From an uncultured Acidobacteriota bacterium (GTDB taxonomy: Bacteria; Acidobacteriota; Blastocatellia; RBC074), in NCBI GenBank assembly GCA_963796275.1, contig CAWCKY010000007.1:736001-800000 (forward strand): DNA of 64,000 nucleotides, read 5' to 3'. The position numbers and the translations under genes were made by a program. Numbering within the stretch: the first letter of the stretch is position 1; each line of letters begins with the position of its first letter. Shown here piece by piece: positions 19,490 through 29,018 of the stretch. The notes under the pieces were generated by a model. That model made no database searches. It had not been told where the DNA came from and worked only from the letters and a program-made list of their open reading frames with translations.

Positions 19490-20725
19490 CTAACCCTCGC
19501 GCGCTTTATCGGTCGAATATTTGGCAGTCACATATTGATTTAAAATTTCAATGAACTCCGGGACAATCTTCGCGCCCTTGAGCGTCGTCTTCAATCTTCC
19601 ATCAACGAAGACCGGCGCGCGCGGCTCTTCACCGGTACCAGGAAGGCTGATGCCGATATCTGCATGTTTCGATTCGCCCGGGCCATTGACCACACACCCC
19701 ATCACAGCCACTTTCATTTCTTCTACGCCCTTGTATTTCTCGCGCCAGACCGGCAACTGAGAGCGCAAATATTTGCCGATATCCTCAGCCATCTCCTGGA
19801 AGAGGGTGCTGGTCGTACGGCCGCAGCCGGGACAGGCTGTCACTTGTGGAATGAAGCTGCGAATTCCCAGCGACTGTAAAACCTGTTGTGAAATTATCAC
19901 CTCTTCGGTTCGGTCTCCGTTCGGTGCAGGCGTCAACGATACGCGAATCGTGTCGCCAATGCCCTCTTGCAGGAGGATCGATAAGGCCGCTGTGCTCGCG
20001 ACTATCCCTTTCGATCCCATCCCTGCCTCAGTAAGACCGAGATGCAGAGCATAATCGCATCGCGAGGCGAGCTGGCGATAGACATCGACCAGGTCCTGGA
20101 CGTCCGAACATTTCGCGCTGAGGATTATGCGATCGCTGGGCAGACCGTAGTTTTCGGCCAGGCGGGCGGAGTCTATCGCGCTGCGAACGATGGCTTCTTT
20201 CAACACTTCCTGCGCTTCATTCGGCTCCTGCAGTTTTGCATTTTCGTCCATCAACCGCGCGAGGAGAGCCTGGTCAAGCGAGCCCCAGTTGACGCCTATG
20301 CGAACCGGTTTGCCGTTCTCGAGCGCGACATCGATCATTCGCCTGAAGTTTTCGTCGTGATGTCTGCCGGCGCCGACATTGCCGGGATTTATGCGGTATT
20401 TGGCCAATGCCCTGGCGCATTCTTTGAATTCGGTGAGAAGCAGATGGCCATTGTAATGGAAGTCCCCGATAATCGGCGTGTTGCACCCGGCATCGCGAAT
20501 GCGGGCGATGATCTCGGGCACTGCCGCCGCCGCTTCTTTGTTATTGACGGTTATGCGGACCAGCTCGGAGCCGGCCTTTGCGAGATCGATGATTTGCTGC
20601 GCGGTCTCGATCGCATCGGCCGTATCGGTGTTGGTCATCGACTGTACGGCAACCGCGTTGCAGCCGCCGATGCGCACGCCGCCGACATCTACTGTGATGG
20701 AGTTTCTACGATTGATCTTCGCCAT
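19490..20725 (-). CDS. ispG: Flavodoxin-dependent (E)-4-hydroxy-3-methylbut-2-enyl-diphosphate synthase
   Basis: [44 protein letters not shown] and [10 protein letters not shown] motifs. Confidence 0.97.
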   Translation of the reverse strand: MAKINRRNSITVDVGGVRIGGCNAVAVQSMTNTDTADAIETAQQIIDLAKAGSELVRITVNNKEAAAAVPEIIARIRDAGCNTPIIGDFHYNGHLLLTEFKECARALAKYRINPGNVGAGRHHDENFRRMIDVALENGKPVRIGVNWGSLDQALLARLMDENAKLQEPNEAQEVLKEAIVRSAIDSARLAENYGLPSDRIILSAKCSDVQDLVDVYRQLASRCDYALHLGLTEAGMGSKGIVASTAALSILLQEGIGDTIRVSLTPAPNGDRTEEVIISQQVLQSLGIRSFIPQVTACPGCGRTTSTLFQEMAEDIGKYLRSQLPVWREKYKGVEEMKVAVMGCVVNGPGESKHADIGISLPGTGEEPRAPVFVDGRLKTTLKGAKIVPEFIEILNQYVTAKYSTDKAREG

Positions 20726-20846
20726 ATTCAATGAGAAGGAGCTGTGGGCTGATCTCTGCAGGTTAGTAAACGCCTGAGTTTGGAGTCTACTTCAGCCGCC
20801 AGCCGCCAGCCCCCGAATCCCTTCTACTGGAATTCTACGCAAGGCA

Positions 20847-22106
20847 TCATCGCTTCGTAAAGGAGCCCGGGTTCCACGCGCCGCGCGCGACGGCCGGAAC
20901 AAATTTTTCCAACTCTTTCGGTCTGAATTCAACCGTGCGTTCCTCCTCAGCGCTCATGTATGCGGTCATGAGAAGCTCCGTTACCTCCAATCCATCGTAG
21001 CAATTCAGCTCAGGTTGCTTGCCATCGAGGAAACAGTTGGTGAAGTAACGATTCTGGCCTTCATAACCGTACTCCGTCGTCTCGCTGGCGACGACGGGCA
21101 TGAGGCCCTGCTCGGCGTTCTGTTTCTCGACCAGGTCTTCGCCGGCCTGGCCCTGTACCCGGCGGCTGAAGAATAGATTGAGATTGGTCGTGAGCGTATT
21201 GGTAGCAAGCGAATATTCGGGGCCGAGCAATTCGGAGCTCAATCGCAACCCCGCGCCGACATAGCTCCACGAGCTGGTCAGCTCGGCGATCAGCGGATGG
21301 CCGGCATCGTCAACGTAGTGGACCGTGGCGCGAGCGAAGTCCTCCGCCGGGCGCGTCCTGTAATCCACCTCTTTGCCCATCATCTGCTGCAGAAGGTCGG
21401 CATATTCGGGGCGCGACCATTTCAGACTCCCGATGGTGGCCGAGATTTTCAGCGGCTTGATGCTATTGCGCGGCTTGGCCGGATCGGTCAGCAGAAACCG
21501 CGCGACCTCGATCGAATGGCACATCATATCGTTGAGCACACCGCCGCCCTGAAGGTCGCCCTGCCAGAACCAGGGCATGTGCGGACCGCTGTGCTCTTCG
21601 GCGCACCGTGCCAGATAGGGGCGGCCGGTCAGCGCCGCCGCGCGCCGCCAGATGATCTCGCGTCCGCGCACGATCGCCGGTTCGAAGAGCTGATCTTCAA
21701 GATAGCCGTGCAGAAGGCCCAATTCTTCAATCAGTTCCACCACGCGTTTTGCCTCCGCGACGTTGCGCGCAAGCGGCTTTTCAATCGCCAACCCGACGAG
21801 AGAGCCGCCGCCCGTTTTTATGGCGCGCGCGATAGCTTCCATATTTTCGATGCGCTTGTGGTTGGGTCCGCATAGCCAGATTGCATCGATTTCAGGCGAT
21901 GTGACCATCTCTTCGATCGAGCCGAAAGCCTGGCAATTTCCGACGCGCAAACCGCGCGCGAGAGCGGCCGCTTCTTCCGCGTGATGATTGTTGGGGCTCC
22001 ATACGCCGAGAATATCGGCATCACGCACCGCGACGAATGATTTGATATGAAAGCGGGAAATGAATCCGCTGCCGATAAATCCTATGCCTAGTCGTTTAGT
22101 TGCCAT
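20847..22106 (-). CDS. Gfo/Idh/MocA family oxidoreductase
   Basis: GFIGSGFI Rossmann motif, EKPLA and GGGVLNDMMCH. Confidence 0.88.
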   Translation of the reverse strand: MATKRLGIGFIGSGFISRFHIKSFVAVRDADILGVWSPNNHHAEEAAALARGLRVGNCQAFGSIEEMVTSPEIDAIWLCGPNHKRIENMEAIARAIKTGGGSLVGLAIEKPLARNVAEAKRVVELIEELGLLHGYLEDQLFEPAIVRGREIIWRRAAALTGRPYLARCAEEHSGPHMPWFWQGDLQGGGVLNDMMCHSIEVARFLLTDPAKPRNSIKPLKISATIGSLKWSRPEYADLLQQMMGKEVDYRTRPAEDFARATVHYVDDAGHPLIAELTSSWSYVGAGLRLSSELLGPEYSLATNTLTTNLNLFFSRRVQGQAGEDLVEKQNAEQGLMPVVASETTEYGYEGQNRYFTNCFLDGKQPELNCYDGLEVTELLMTAYMSAEEERTVEFRPKELEKFVPAVARGAWNPGSFTKR

Positions 22107-22121
22107 AATCTCCCTAAGAAA

Positions 22122-22195
22122 AAGTTTTTAGTTTCCAGTTTTCAGTTGGAGCGAACTCAACTGAAAACTGAAAACTGAAAACTGAAAACTGGAAC
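22122..22195. repeat. Inverted heptamer repeat hairpin (TTTCAGT / AACTGAA)
   Basis: tttttagtttccagttttcagttg...caactgaaaactgaaaactgaaaactgaaaactgga. Confidence 0.85.
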
Positions 22196-22199
22196 CTTT

Positions 22200-23111
22200 T
22201 TACCTATTCAACCACATCTTAATCGTACGGCTGACCATCTCCGAGGCGTCCTGCTGCACAAAATGGCCCGCCCTCGGAATAGTGACGAGCGTCAAATCGT
22301 TTTCGAGCCAATCCCAGGTGTTATTGAGCGCTCCCGGGAGCAACGCCGTATCATCGAGACCATGGATCATCAAGACGGGCGCTTTCACTTTTACCACGGA
22401 CGAAGCGTCTTCCTTATATGGTTCGCGGGGATAGTTGCGCTTGTAATAGTTCAACATCGCTTCGAAGTCCGAGCGGTTGAAGGCCTCGATATATTTCTTC
22501 TTCACTTCGGGGTCTTTTATCCAGAATACGAGTTGTTCGGCGGTCAACTTAAGATGCCAATCCGGCTGTTGAAAGTTTCGCGCGTACTGGCTGTTCTTCT
22601 GTTGTTGCGGGTTATGGGCGAGCTCGCGTGAGAGGCCGCGCAAATGCGGAAGATTGAGAATGATCAGTTTTTCAACCAATTGTGGCGTGTATATCGCCAT
22701 CGTCCAGGCCACAGCGCCGCCCCAATCATGGCCGGCGATGATCGCTCTCTCCCGCCCCAGATGTTTGATGACCGCCGAGACGTCGGCGACGAGGAGTCTC
22801 ATATCGTAATTCTCGACGCCTTTCGGTTTATCGCTCAGGTTGTATCCGCGCTGATCGATCGCCACGACGTAATAATCTGAGGATAGAGCGCTCATCTGAT
22901 CACGCCATGAATACCAGAAATCGGGGAAGCCGTGGATCATAACGATCAACGGTTTTTTCTTGTCGCCTAGTGCGGCGTAATGAATCTTTATGCCGTTGCT
23001 ATCGGCGTAGCCGTGTTCGACGCGTTTCTCGATATCGCTGTCGGCAGCGAAAATCGCGGCGAACGGCAGAACCGCGATCGCTGATAAGAAAACCAGAAAT
23101 ATTGAGTTCAT
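22200..23111 (-). CDS. Exported alpha/beta hydrolase, epoxide hydrolase family
   Basis: [19 protein letters not shown] nucleophile motif and GHFVQ; signal peptide from ATG 23111. Confidence 0.9.
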   Translation of the reverse strand: MNSIFLVFLSAIAVLPFAAIFAADSDIEKRVEHGYADSNGIKIHYAALGDKKKPLIVMIHGFPDFWYSWRDQMSALSSDYYVVAIDQRGYNLSDKPKGVENYDMRLLVADVSAVIKHLGRERAIIAGHDWGGAVAWTMAIYTPQLVEKLIILNLPHLRGLSRELAHNPQQQKNSQYARNFQQPDWHLKLTAEQLVFWIKDPEVKKKYIEAFNRSDFEAMLNYYKRNYPREPYKEDASSVVKVKAPVLMIHGLDDTALLPGALNNTWDWLENDLTLVTIPRAGHFVQQDASEMVSRTIKMWLNR

Positions 23112-23261
23112 CGTGTTCCCCCTGGAGATACATAAATGCAAAGGATATTTGATAAAGATTGATCCGATTAAAGCCCGACGGACGGAAAATGCCGGGGGGC
23201 TTTGGCGGTTCGCCTGACTCGGAATACCGAGCGCGCGAGCCGCAGCCTGCCTACTCTTAAT

Positions 23262-25451
23262 TCAATCTCCGGCCAATGCCAGATCCCTGTTCGCTAATTC
23301 GACGAATGTCTGTAGCGCGCATTCGGCTACAGCGTTCGGCACTACTCCGTAGGCTGCGTCAGTCACATCGCGCATGCGATTGGTCGGTGCGATAGCCGTC
23401 AGACGGTAGCCGATTCGCCGCAGTCGCTCCGCACCGAGATCGCGCCGAAGCTCCGATAGATTTCCCGCCTCTGCTTTAATTTCCCCACGCTCGCGCAGAG
23501 CCTCACGGTCGATCAGGAAAATATTGCGAGCGCGCAGGTTGGCCTGGACAATGTCGCCGGTCTGCAGATACAGAATGGCGCCACCGCGTTTGGCCTCGGG
23601 TGCGATGTGGCCGATGCCCGCGCCATATGAGACACCTGAATATCGCCCATCGGTGAGGATCATCGCCAGTTTCTTCAAGTGCCGGTTGGCATTGATATGC
23701 TGCATAGGTGTGAACATTTCCGGCATGCCGTATGCCTCAGGCCCTTGTCCGCTGATGACGATCGCGAACTTGATAATTTTTTCGTGCAGCACATGATCGA
23801 ATAGCTCGTCGCGGGACATCGAAGCGATGCGTTCGCCGGCCGCGCCTTTCGTGTTGTGCTGGTAAATCCGCAAGAGGTCGATGTGAGTGATCTCTCCGTG
23901 CGACTTGACCGAATCGAGGTAATCGTCATCGAGCAAATGGGCATTGGCTTCGTCTTCGTTTTCGAAATAGAGCACGACGGCGAGTTTCGTATCGAACTCA
24001 TCGAGCTGGCTGTCGGGCATGCCGCTGATCTTGACAACGGCGGACTCGAAGAAATTGCTCGTCAGGACGTCGATCCCGCTTATCGCCCGGCGCGGCTTGC
24101 TCAGGATGATCGGATTATGCTTTACGCCATCGGCCGAAAGGTTGCGCGTGTCGGCTAATCGTTCGCGCCACGTAGTCCCGGTTGCAGTCGGAGCATCGAG
24201 CTCGATCGGCACGCCGTTGCGGGAGAGCTCGTACATCACCGTCTCCATCCCGCGAATCTCGCCGGCGCAGCATTGCTGGGCCAGCTCGAAGATAGATCGT
24301 TTCTGGGTCAGGCTGTAGTCGAAAAGATCCGGGATGGGCGTGGCGCGGCGAATGCGATCGTAATCCCAGATCGAAAAATTTACCCCGGCGTGAATGATCG
24401 CCGAAACCAGATGCATCATGATGTTGGTCGAGCCGCCGGTCGTCGAATGAATTCGGATCGCATTCTCGATATTGGCTTTGATGACCTCGGTGACTGAGAA
24501 AGCGGGATCATTGCAATAGCCGAAGAGTGCATCTACCGCCACGTCTATCTGCTCCTGTTTCGGCGGCTCGGTGAGTAGTTCGAGCGCCGGGTGCACGAGC
24601 CCGAAGGCCGATACGACGTGGCGCGAAGAATTGCCCGTCCCGTTGAAGGCGCAGATTCCTCCTTTGCCGTCGCAGGTGTTGACCGCCAATAGTTTCTCAA
24701 ACTTTTTGTGTTGTTCCCCGGAAATGATGCCGGCCGCAATCGCCCGGATGAATACGCCCTGGAATTGGGTATTCGATGAACACTGCAGCACATAAGCGAG
24801 CGCATCGCGCAGGTCGCCGGCTATTTCAGGATGGTTCGCCGTTTCTGCCTTCTGCGCCACGGCCTCGAGCTCTTCCCGCAGATCATCAGGGATCGTCCCG
24901 CCTTTGAGGACGTGCGCAGGCGCGAAGGTGGCGAAGACCGGGGCGTCTCCGCGCGCCTTCCTCGTCACATCGAGCGCGGCGAGCGCCGCGACGGCGGCCA
25001 GCGGTTGCTTATCACAACCCTGGATAACAAAGGCGCCGTGGTATGACTGTGCCTCCATCTGGTTGACGATCATTTCGGTCATCGCATTGCGCGATTGGAG
25101 CGAATAGCACATCCCGGTATTGGATTGAGCCGTCCCATCGCAGAGGACTGGCGTTGAGAACGCGAAAGGCACGCCGCCGTTCTGCCAGATGCGGATGGCT
25201 GCGCGTGCGGTCGTCTCGAAATCCATAATATGCGCCGGATGATCGGGCGATCCGCCGATGACGGCGATGCGCGGCGCGTTATGCTCGAGACGGTCGTAGA
25301 TCGAAGCGAGCGAGTATTCGAGGTCGCGCACGCCGAGCAGGGCCCGGCTCCGGTCGAGCAGGGCTGCCACAGTGATTGGTTCGTTGGCTTTACCCTGGAC
25401 CTCGCGTTGATAGGGATTGTCTCCCGTTGTAATGCGAATGATATCTGCCAC
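23262..25451 (-). CDS. Divergent IlvD/Edd family dehydratase (start reassigned to GTG 25451)
   Basis: LCDG, GCDK, GICAFNGTGNS, TGGSTN, GPEAYGMPEM and TDGRYSG...GHIAPEA motifs; AGGAGA SD before the GTG. Confidence 0.82.
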   Translation of the reverse strand: MADIIRITTGDNPYQREVQGKANEPITVAALLDRSRALLGVRDLEYSLASIYDRLEHNAPRIAVIGGSPDHPAHIMDFETTARAAIRIWQNGGVPFAFSTPVLCDGTAQSNTGMCYSLQSRNAMTEMIVNQMEAQSYHGAFVIQGCDKQPLAAVAALAALDVTRKARGDAPVFATFAPAHVLKGGTIPDDLREELEAVAQKAETANHPEIAGDLRDALAYVLQCSSNTQFQGVFIRAIAAGIISGEQHKKFEKLLAVNTCDGKGGICAFNGTGNSSRHVVSAFGLVHPALELLTEPPKQEQIDVAVDALFGYCNDPAFSVTEVIKANIENAIRIHSTTGGSTNIMMHLVSAIIHAGVNFSIWDYDRIRRATPIPDLFDYSLTQKRSIFELAQQCCAGEIRGMETVMYELSRNGVPIELDAPTATGTTWRERLADTRNLSADGVKHNPIILSKPRRAISGIDVLTSNFFESAVVKISGMPDSQLDEFDTKLAVVLYFENEDEANAHLLDDDYLDSVKSHGEITHIDLLRIYQHNTKGAAGERIASMSRDELFDHVLHEKIIKFAIVISGQGPEAYGMPEMFTPMQHINANRHLKKLAMILTDGRYSGVSYGAGIGHIAPEAKRGGAILYLQTGDIVQANLRARNIFLIDREALRERGEIKAEAGNLSELRRDLGAERLRRIGYRLTAIAPTNRMRDVTDAAYGVVPNAVAECALQTFVELANRDLALAGD

Positions 25452-25698
25452 CTGCGTTCTCCTGATCGATAGGCGAGAATTTGGAACAATAGCCGCCCGT
25501 GCGGCATTAAACTGATAGAGAAAAATAGCAATTTTCCGGGAATTTTGAAACTGTTTCTCGCCCCGGCCCGTCTTTAGGCGAGTGAAGGTCGCCCTGAAAA
25601 TATCTTCACTCCCAATAAAAATGAGCAGAGAATTACAGAGAACAAGAGAATAATAAATTACCAATAAAAATATAGAGGAAATATAGAGGAAAAAAACG

Positions 25699-28626
25699 GT
25701 GAGATTCTTGTCTGTTATTCTAGTGGTAATAACTCTCGCATCAGTCGCGCGCGCACAGAATGCAACATCGATTCAGAATGCCACTTTGAAAGGACAGGTG
25801 GTCGATGAGCTGGGGGATGCGATACCGAACGCCGAGATCATGCTGATCGGGCGAGACCTCAAAGAACATACAGCGAAGAGCAATGCTAACGGCGAATTTT
25901 CAATTATGAATGTTCCGCCTGGCACCTATACGCTGACCAGCGCATTCGCAGGGTTCCAAATGAATATCCGGGAAGGCGTGAAAGTCCCCGGTTCTCAATT
26001 GAAGATCGTAATGACGGTGGCTTCGATGAGTGAAGCCGTCGAAACGAAGGCCGAGGAAGGGGTTTCGGTCGAGCCCGATCAGAATATGTCCGCCACCGTC
26101 CTCGGAGAAGATTTCATAAAGGACTTGCCGGATAATGAGGAAGACCTGCTCGATTTCCTGCAGACAATGGCGGGCCCTGCGGCAGGCGGCGCTACTGGAG
26201 GACAGGGAGGGGCGGAGATATTGATTGATGGATTCAACGGCGGGCGCATGCCGCCGCGCGAAGCGATCCAGCAGATCAGGATAAACAACAGCCCATTCTC
26301 CGCGCAATATCGCAACCCTGGATACGGCAGGATCGAGATCATCACCAAGCCCGGCCTCGGCGAATGGCGCGGGGGAGGGGGATTCGGCTATCGCAATTCG
26401 GCGCTCGATGCGCGGAATGCTTTCGCCCTGGAGAAACCGGATTTTTCGATGCAGCGTTATAACTTCAACCTGGGAGGGCCGATCATCAGGAAGAAGTTGT
26501 CATTTTTCATGAATGTAGATCGGTACGAGTTCGCCGGGAATAACACGGCAAATGCTTTCACGCTGGCCGGCCCTTTTGCCGAAAACGTGCCGACCAGTTC
26601 CGTCAGCTACTCATTGGGCATCCGCACCGATTACCTGATCAACGAAAAGAATACGCTCAACCTGAGCTACAACTATCGGAGAAGTAAAAATCTCAACGGC
26701 GAATTCGTAGACCGGGGCGGTGGCGGCAACAGCGATTATCTGCTCCCCGAACGCGGTACGGATTCCAGCGACTCGGACCACACTCTTCGGATCGGAGAGA
26801 CCTGGATTATCAGTTCCAGCCTGATTAACGAAGCGCGAATGGAATACAGTCGCGAGCGCAGCGACGTTGTCGCCCGGAAGCTGGGCTTGACGATCAACGT
26901 CCTGGACTCCTTCAACGGCGGCGGTTCAGCCTGTTGCCCGAATGAGTCGCGCAGTGATGAGATAGAATTTCAAAACTATCTGACTTTCACGGACAACAAG
27001 CGGCATACGATCAAAGCCGGAGTGCAGTTCGAGCGCGATAATATTCGCGATCTGAACGGAAGCAACTTCAATGGCACTTACACCTTCTCGAACCTCAATG
27101 AATACCGCATCGCAGTGGAGAATGAGGGAACGGATCTGGCGCGCGCCCAACAGTTCACGATCAACATGGGCGATCCGTATATATTGTATAAACTTTACAA
27201 TGCCGGATTCTTCATTCAGGAGGATTTTCGCGTGAGGCAATCCCTGACCCTATCTTTTGGCTTGCGCGAAGAGTTTCAGAGTTATTTGCCGGACAGAAAC
27301 AACTGGTCGCCGCGGATAGGCATAGCCTGGTCGCCATTCAATGACCGCAAGACTGTTTTTCGAGGTGGATGGGGTTTGTTCTACGGGAGATTGAACGGCG
27401 GCACCTATGAGAGCACGTTACGGTTCAATGGCGATACACAGGAGAGCTTGATCATCAATAATGCGCGCTATCCGGATCCATTCGCCGGCAATCCGATGAT
27501 CGAGCAGCGAAACAGGCGCGAGTATAAGCTCGACCCGAACCTCAAAGCTCCCTATACCGTCAATTTCAACGTTTCTCTCGAGCGGCAATTGCCGAGAGGC
27601 ATGGTCGGCACTTTCACCTATACGCACGCGACCGGCATTCATCAATTCCGATTGCGAAACATCAATGCGCCGTTTCCGGGTACGAGTGTGCGGCCGGATC
27701 CCACTGACGGTAATGTTTATCAGATCGAGTCGACGGCCAAATCGACCTTCGACGGTCTGGTATTCGGTTTTCAACGGCGCTTCAGTCAGCGCTTGTTTTT
27801 CTCCAGCAACTACACGCTCTCGTGGACGAATAGCAACGCCGATGGACCGATGTCATTGCCGGCCAACAATTATAATCTCCGGCCGGAGTGGGGGAGGGCT
27901 TTCACCGATAGGCGCCACAGCTTCGGTACCGCATTCAGTCTGGCGCTCCCTCGCGGGTTGCGCGTCCAATCGTATCTCAATGCTTATTCGGGAACCCCAT
28001 TCAATATCAGAACCGGCGGTGATGATAACGGCGACTTCGAGATCAACGACCGGCCGGCCGGTATCAACCGTAATTCCGATCTTACCGCGAATCTCTACCA
28101 TCTGATTCCGAACCGATTGATCTGCGTGCCCGGCACCAGCCCCTCGGCCCAGCCGGACGGAGGCTCCAGCCTGGTTTGTAATCCAGGCGGCGTCCCGCAA
28201 ATCGGTTTGCGCGACTTTCTTACTCAGTACTATCCGGATGGAGTGACGGCAGTCGGACCGGGTTCGTTTAATGCCAATCTATCCCTCGGCAAAACCTTCG
28301 GTTTCGGTAAGCGCGATGGCCAGACAGCAGTGCTGGGCCAGGGGCGCGACGACCGCGTATTCGGGGATGGCGGGCGAGGCGGCGGTCAACGCGACGGCGG
28401 TCGGGGTGGGAGAAGGAGGTCTGGTGACTCCGGTGGAGGCAGGGGAATGTTCGGCGGCGACGAATCGTCACGCGTCAACGTGACGTTGACCGTGAGAGTC
28501 AACAATCTCTTCAACCGCGTAAACCTTGGGCGATTCGGTAGTACGCTCGGTTCCACCTATTTCGGGATGGCGAGCGATGCGAATACGGCGCGCCGATTTG
28601 ATTTCAATGTGAGATTTGATTTCTAA
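25699..28626 (+). CDS. TonB-dependent receptor-like outer-membrane protein (Oar-type) with carboxypeptidase-regulatory-like N-domain
   Basis: Signal peptide; GQVVDELGDAIPNA, NWSPRIGIAWSP and VFRGGWG motifs; C-terminal Phe. Confidence 0.88.
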   Translation: MRFLSVILVVITLASVARAQNATSIQNATLKGQVVDELGDAIPNAEIMLIGRDLKEHTAKSNANGEFSIMNVPPGTYTLTSAFAGFQMNIREGVKVPGSQLKIVMTVASMSEAVETKAEEGVSVEPDQNMSATVLGEDFIKDLPDNEEDLLDFLQTMAGPAAGGATGGQGGAEILIDGFNGGRMPPREAIQQIRINNSPFSAQYRNPGYGRIEIITKPGLGEWRGGGGFGYRNSALDARNAFALEKPDFSMQRYNFNLGGPIIRKKLSFFMNVDRYEFAGNNTANAFTLAGPFAENVPTSSVSYSLGIRTDYLINEKNTLNLSYNYRRSKNLNGEFVDRGGGGNSDYLLPERGTDSSDSDHTLRIGETWIISSSLINEARMEYSRERSDVVARKLGLTINVLDSFNGGGSACCPNESRSDEIEFQNYLTFTDNKRHTIKAGVQFERDNIRDLNGSNFNGTYTFSNLNEYRIAVENEGTDLARAQQFTINMGDPYILYKLYNAGFFIQEDFRVRQSLTLSFGLREEFQSYLPDRNNWSPRIGIAWSPFNDRKTVFRGGWGLFYGRLNGGTYESTLRFNGDTQESLIINNARYPDPFAGNPMIEQRNRREYKLDPNLKAPYTVNFNVSLERQLPRGMVGTFTYTHATGIHQFRLRNINAPFPGTSVRPDPTDGNVYQIESTAKSTFDGLVFGFQRRFSQRLFFSSNYTLSWTNSNADGPMSLPANNYNLRPEWGRAFTDRRHSFGTAFSLALPRGLRVQSYLNAYSGTPFNIRTGGDDNGDFEINDRPAGINRNSDLTANLYHLIPNRLICVPGTSPSAQPDGGSSLVCNPGGVPQIGLRDFLTQYYPDGVTAVGPGSFNANLSLGKTFGFGKRDGQTAVLGQGRDDRVFGDGGRGGGQRDGGRGGRRRSGDSGGGRGMFGGDESSRVNVTLTVRVNNLFNRVNLGRFGSTLGSTYFGMASDANTARRFDFNVRFDF

Positions 28627-28727
28627 ATCAAATCAGAAAACATCGAGACGATCTCAGTTCCGCACAAATGTTCATTGTTTTCGATTTTGTTTACAGACCC
28701 AGTATCACAATGATGTCTCGCCACCAG

Positions 28728-28752
28728 ATTCATAGATTCATAGATTCATAAA
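28728..28752 (+). repeat. 8-mer tandem repeat GATTCATA x3
   Basis: gattcatagattcatagattcata. Confidence 0.6.
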
Positions 28753-29018
28753 ATGATAAAAAGCAGAAAGGGCGAAGAAGCGGTCAGAAGTGTGAAGGCC
28801 CGGTTGAAGAGACAGTCGACCGGGCAAATTTATATTCAGGATTCGGAAAAGTTTAATTTTGTTTCTCCTGAATTCCGTCAACTGAAATTCCATCTGCCAT
28901 GCTTGTATTATTGTTTTTGTGATTTTTGTGGTGAATCTCATCAAGTACCATCGCCCACTTCCTTATCCTCATGCTACACTTCGGGTTTCTCGAGATGAGT
29001 TAAACGAAGATAGGGTCT

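Noticed and set aside
25452-25664. Long N-terminal extensions in the ORF track (IlvD, coxS, tolR, nupC, AldDH, Mo-oxidoreductase)
   Set aside because: They run through AT-rich promoter or repeat DNA. Downstream starts fit family N-termini better and, for coxS and IlvD, have clear SD sites.
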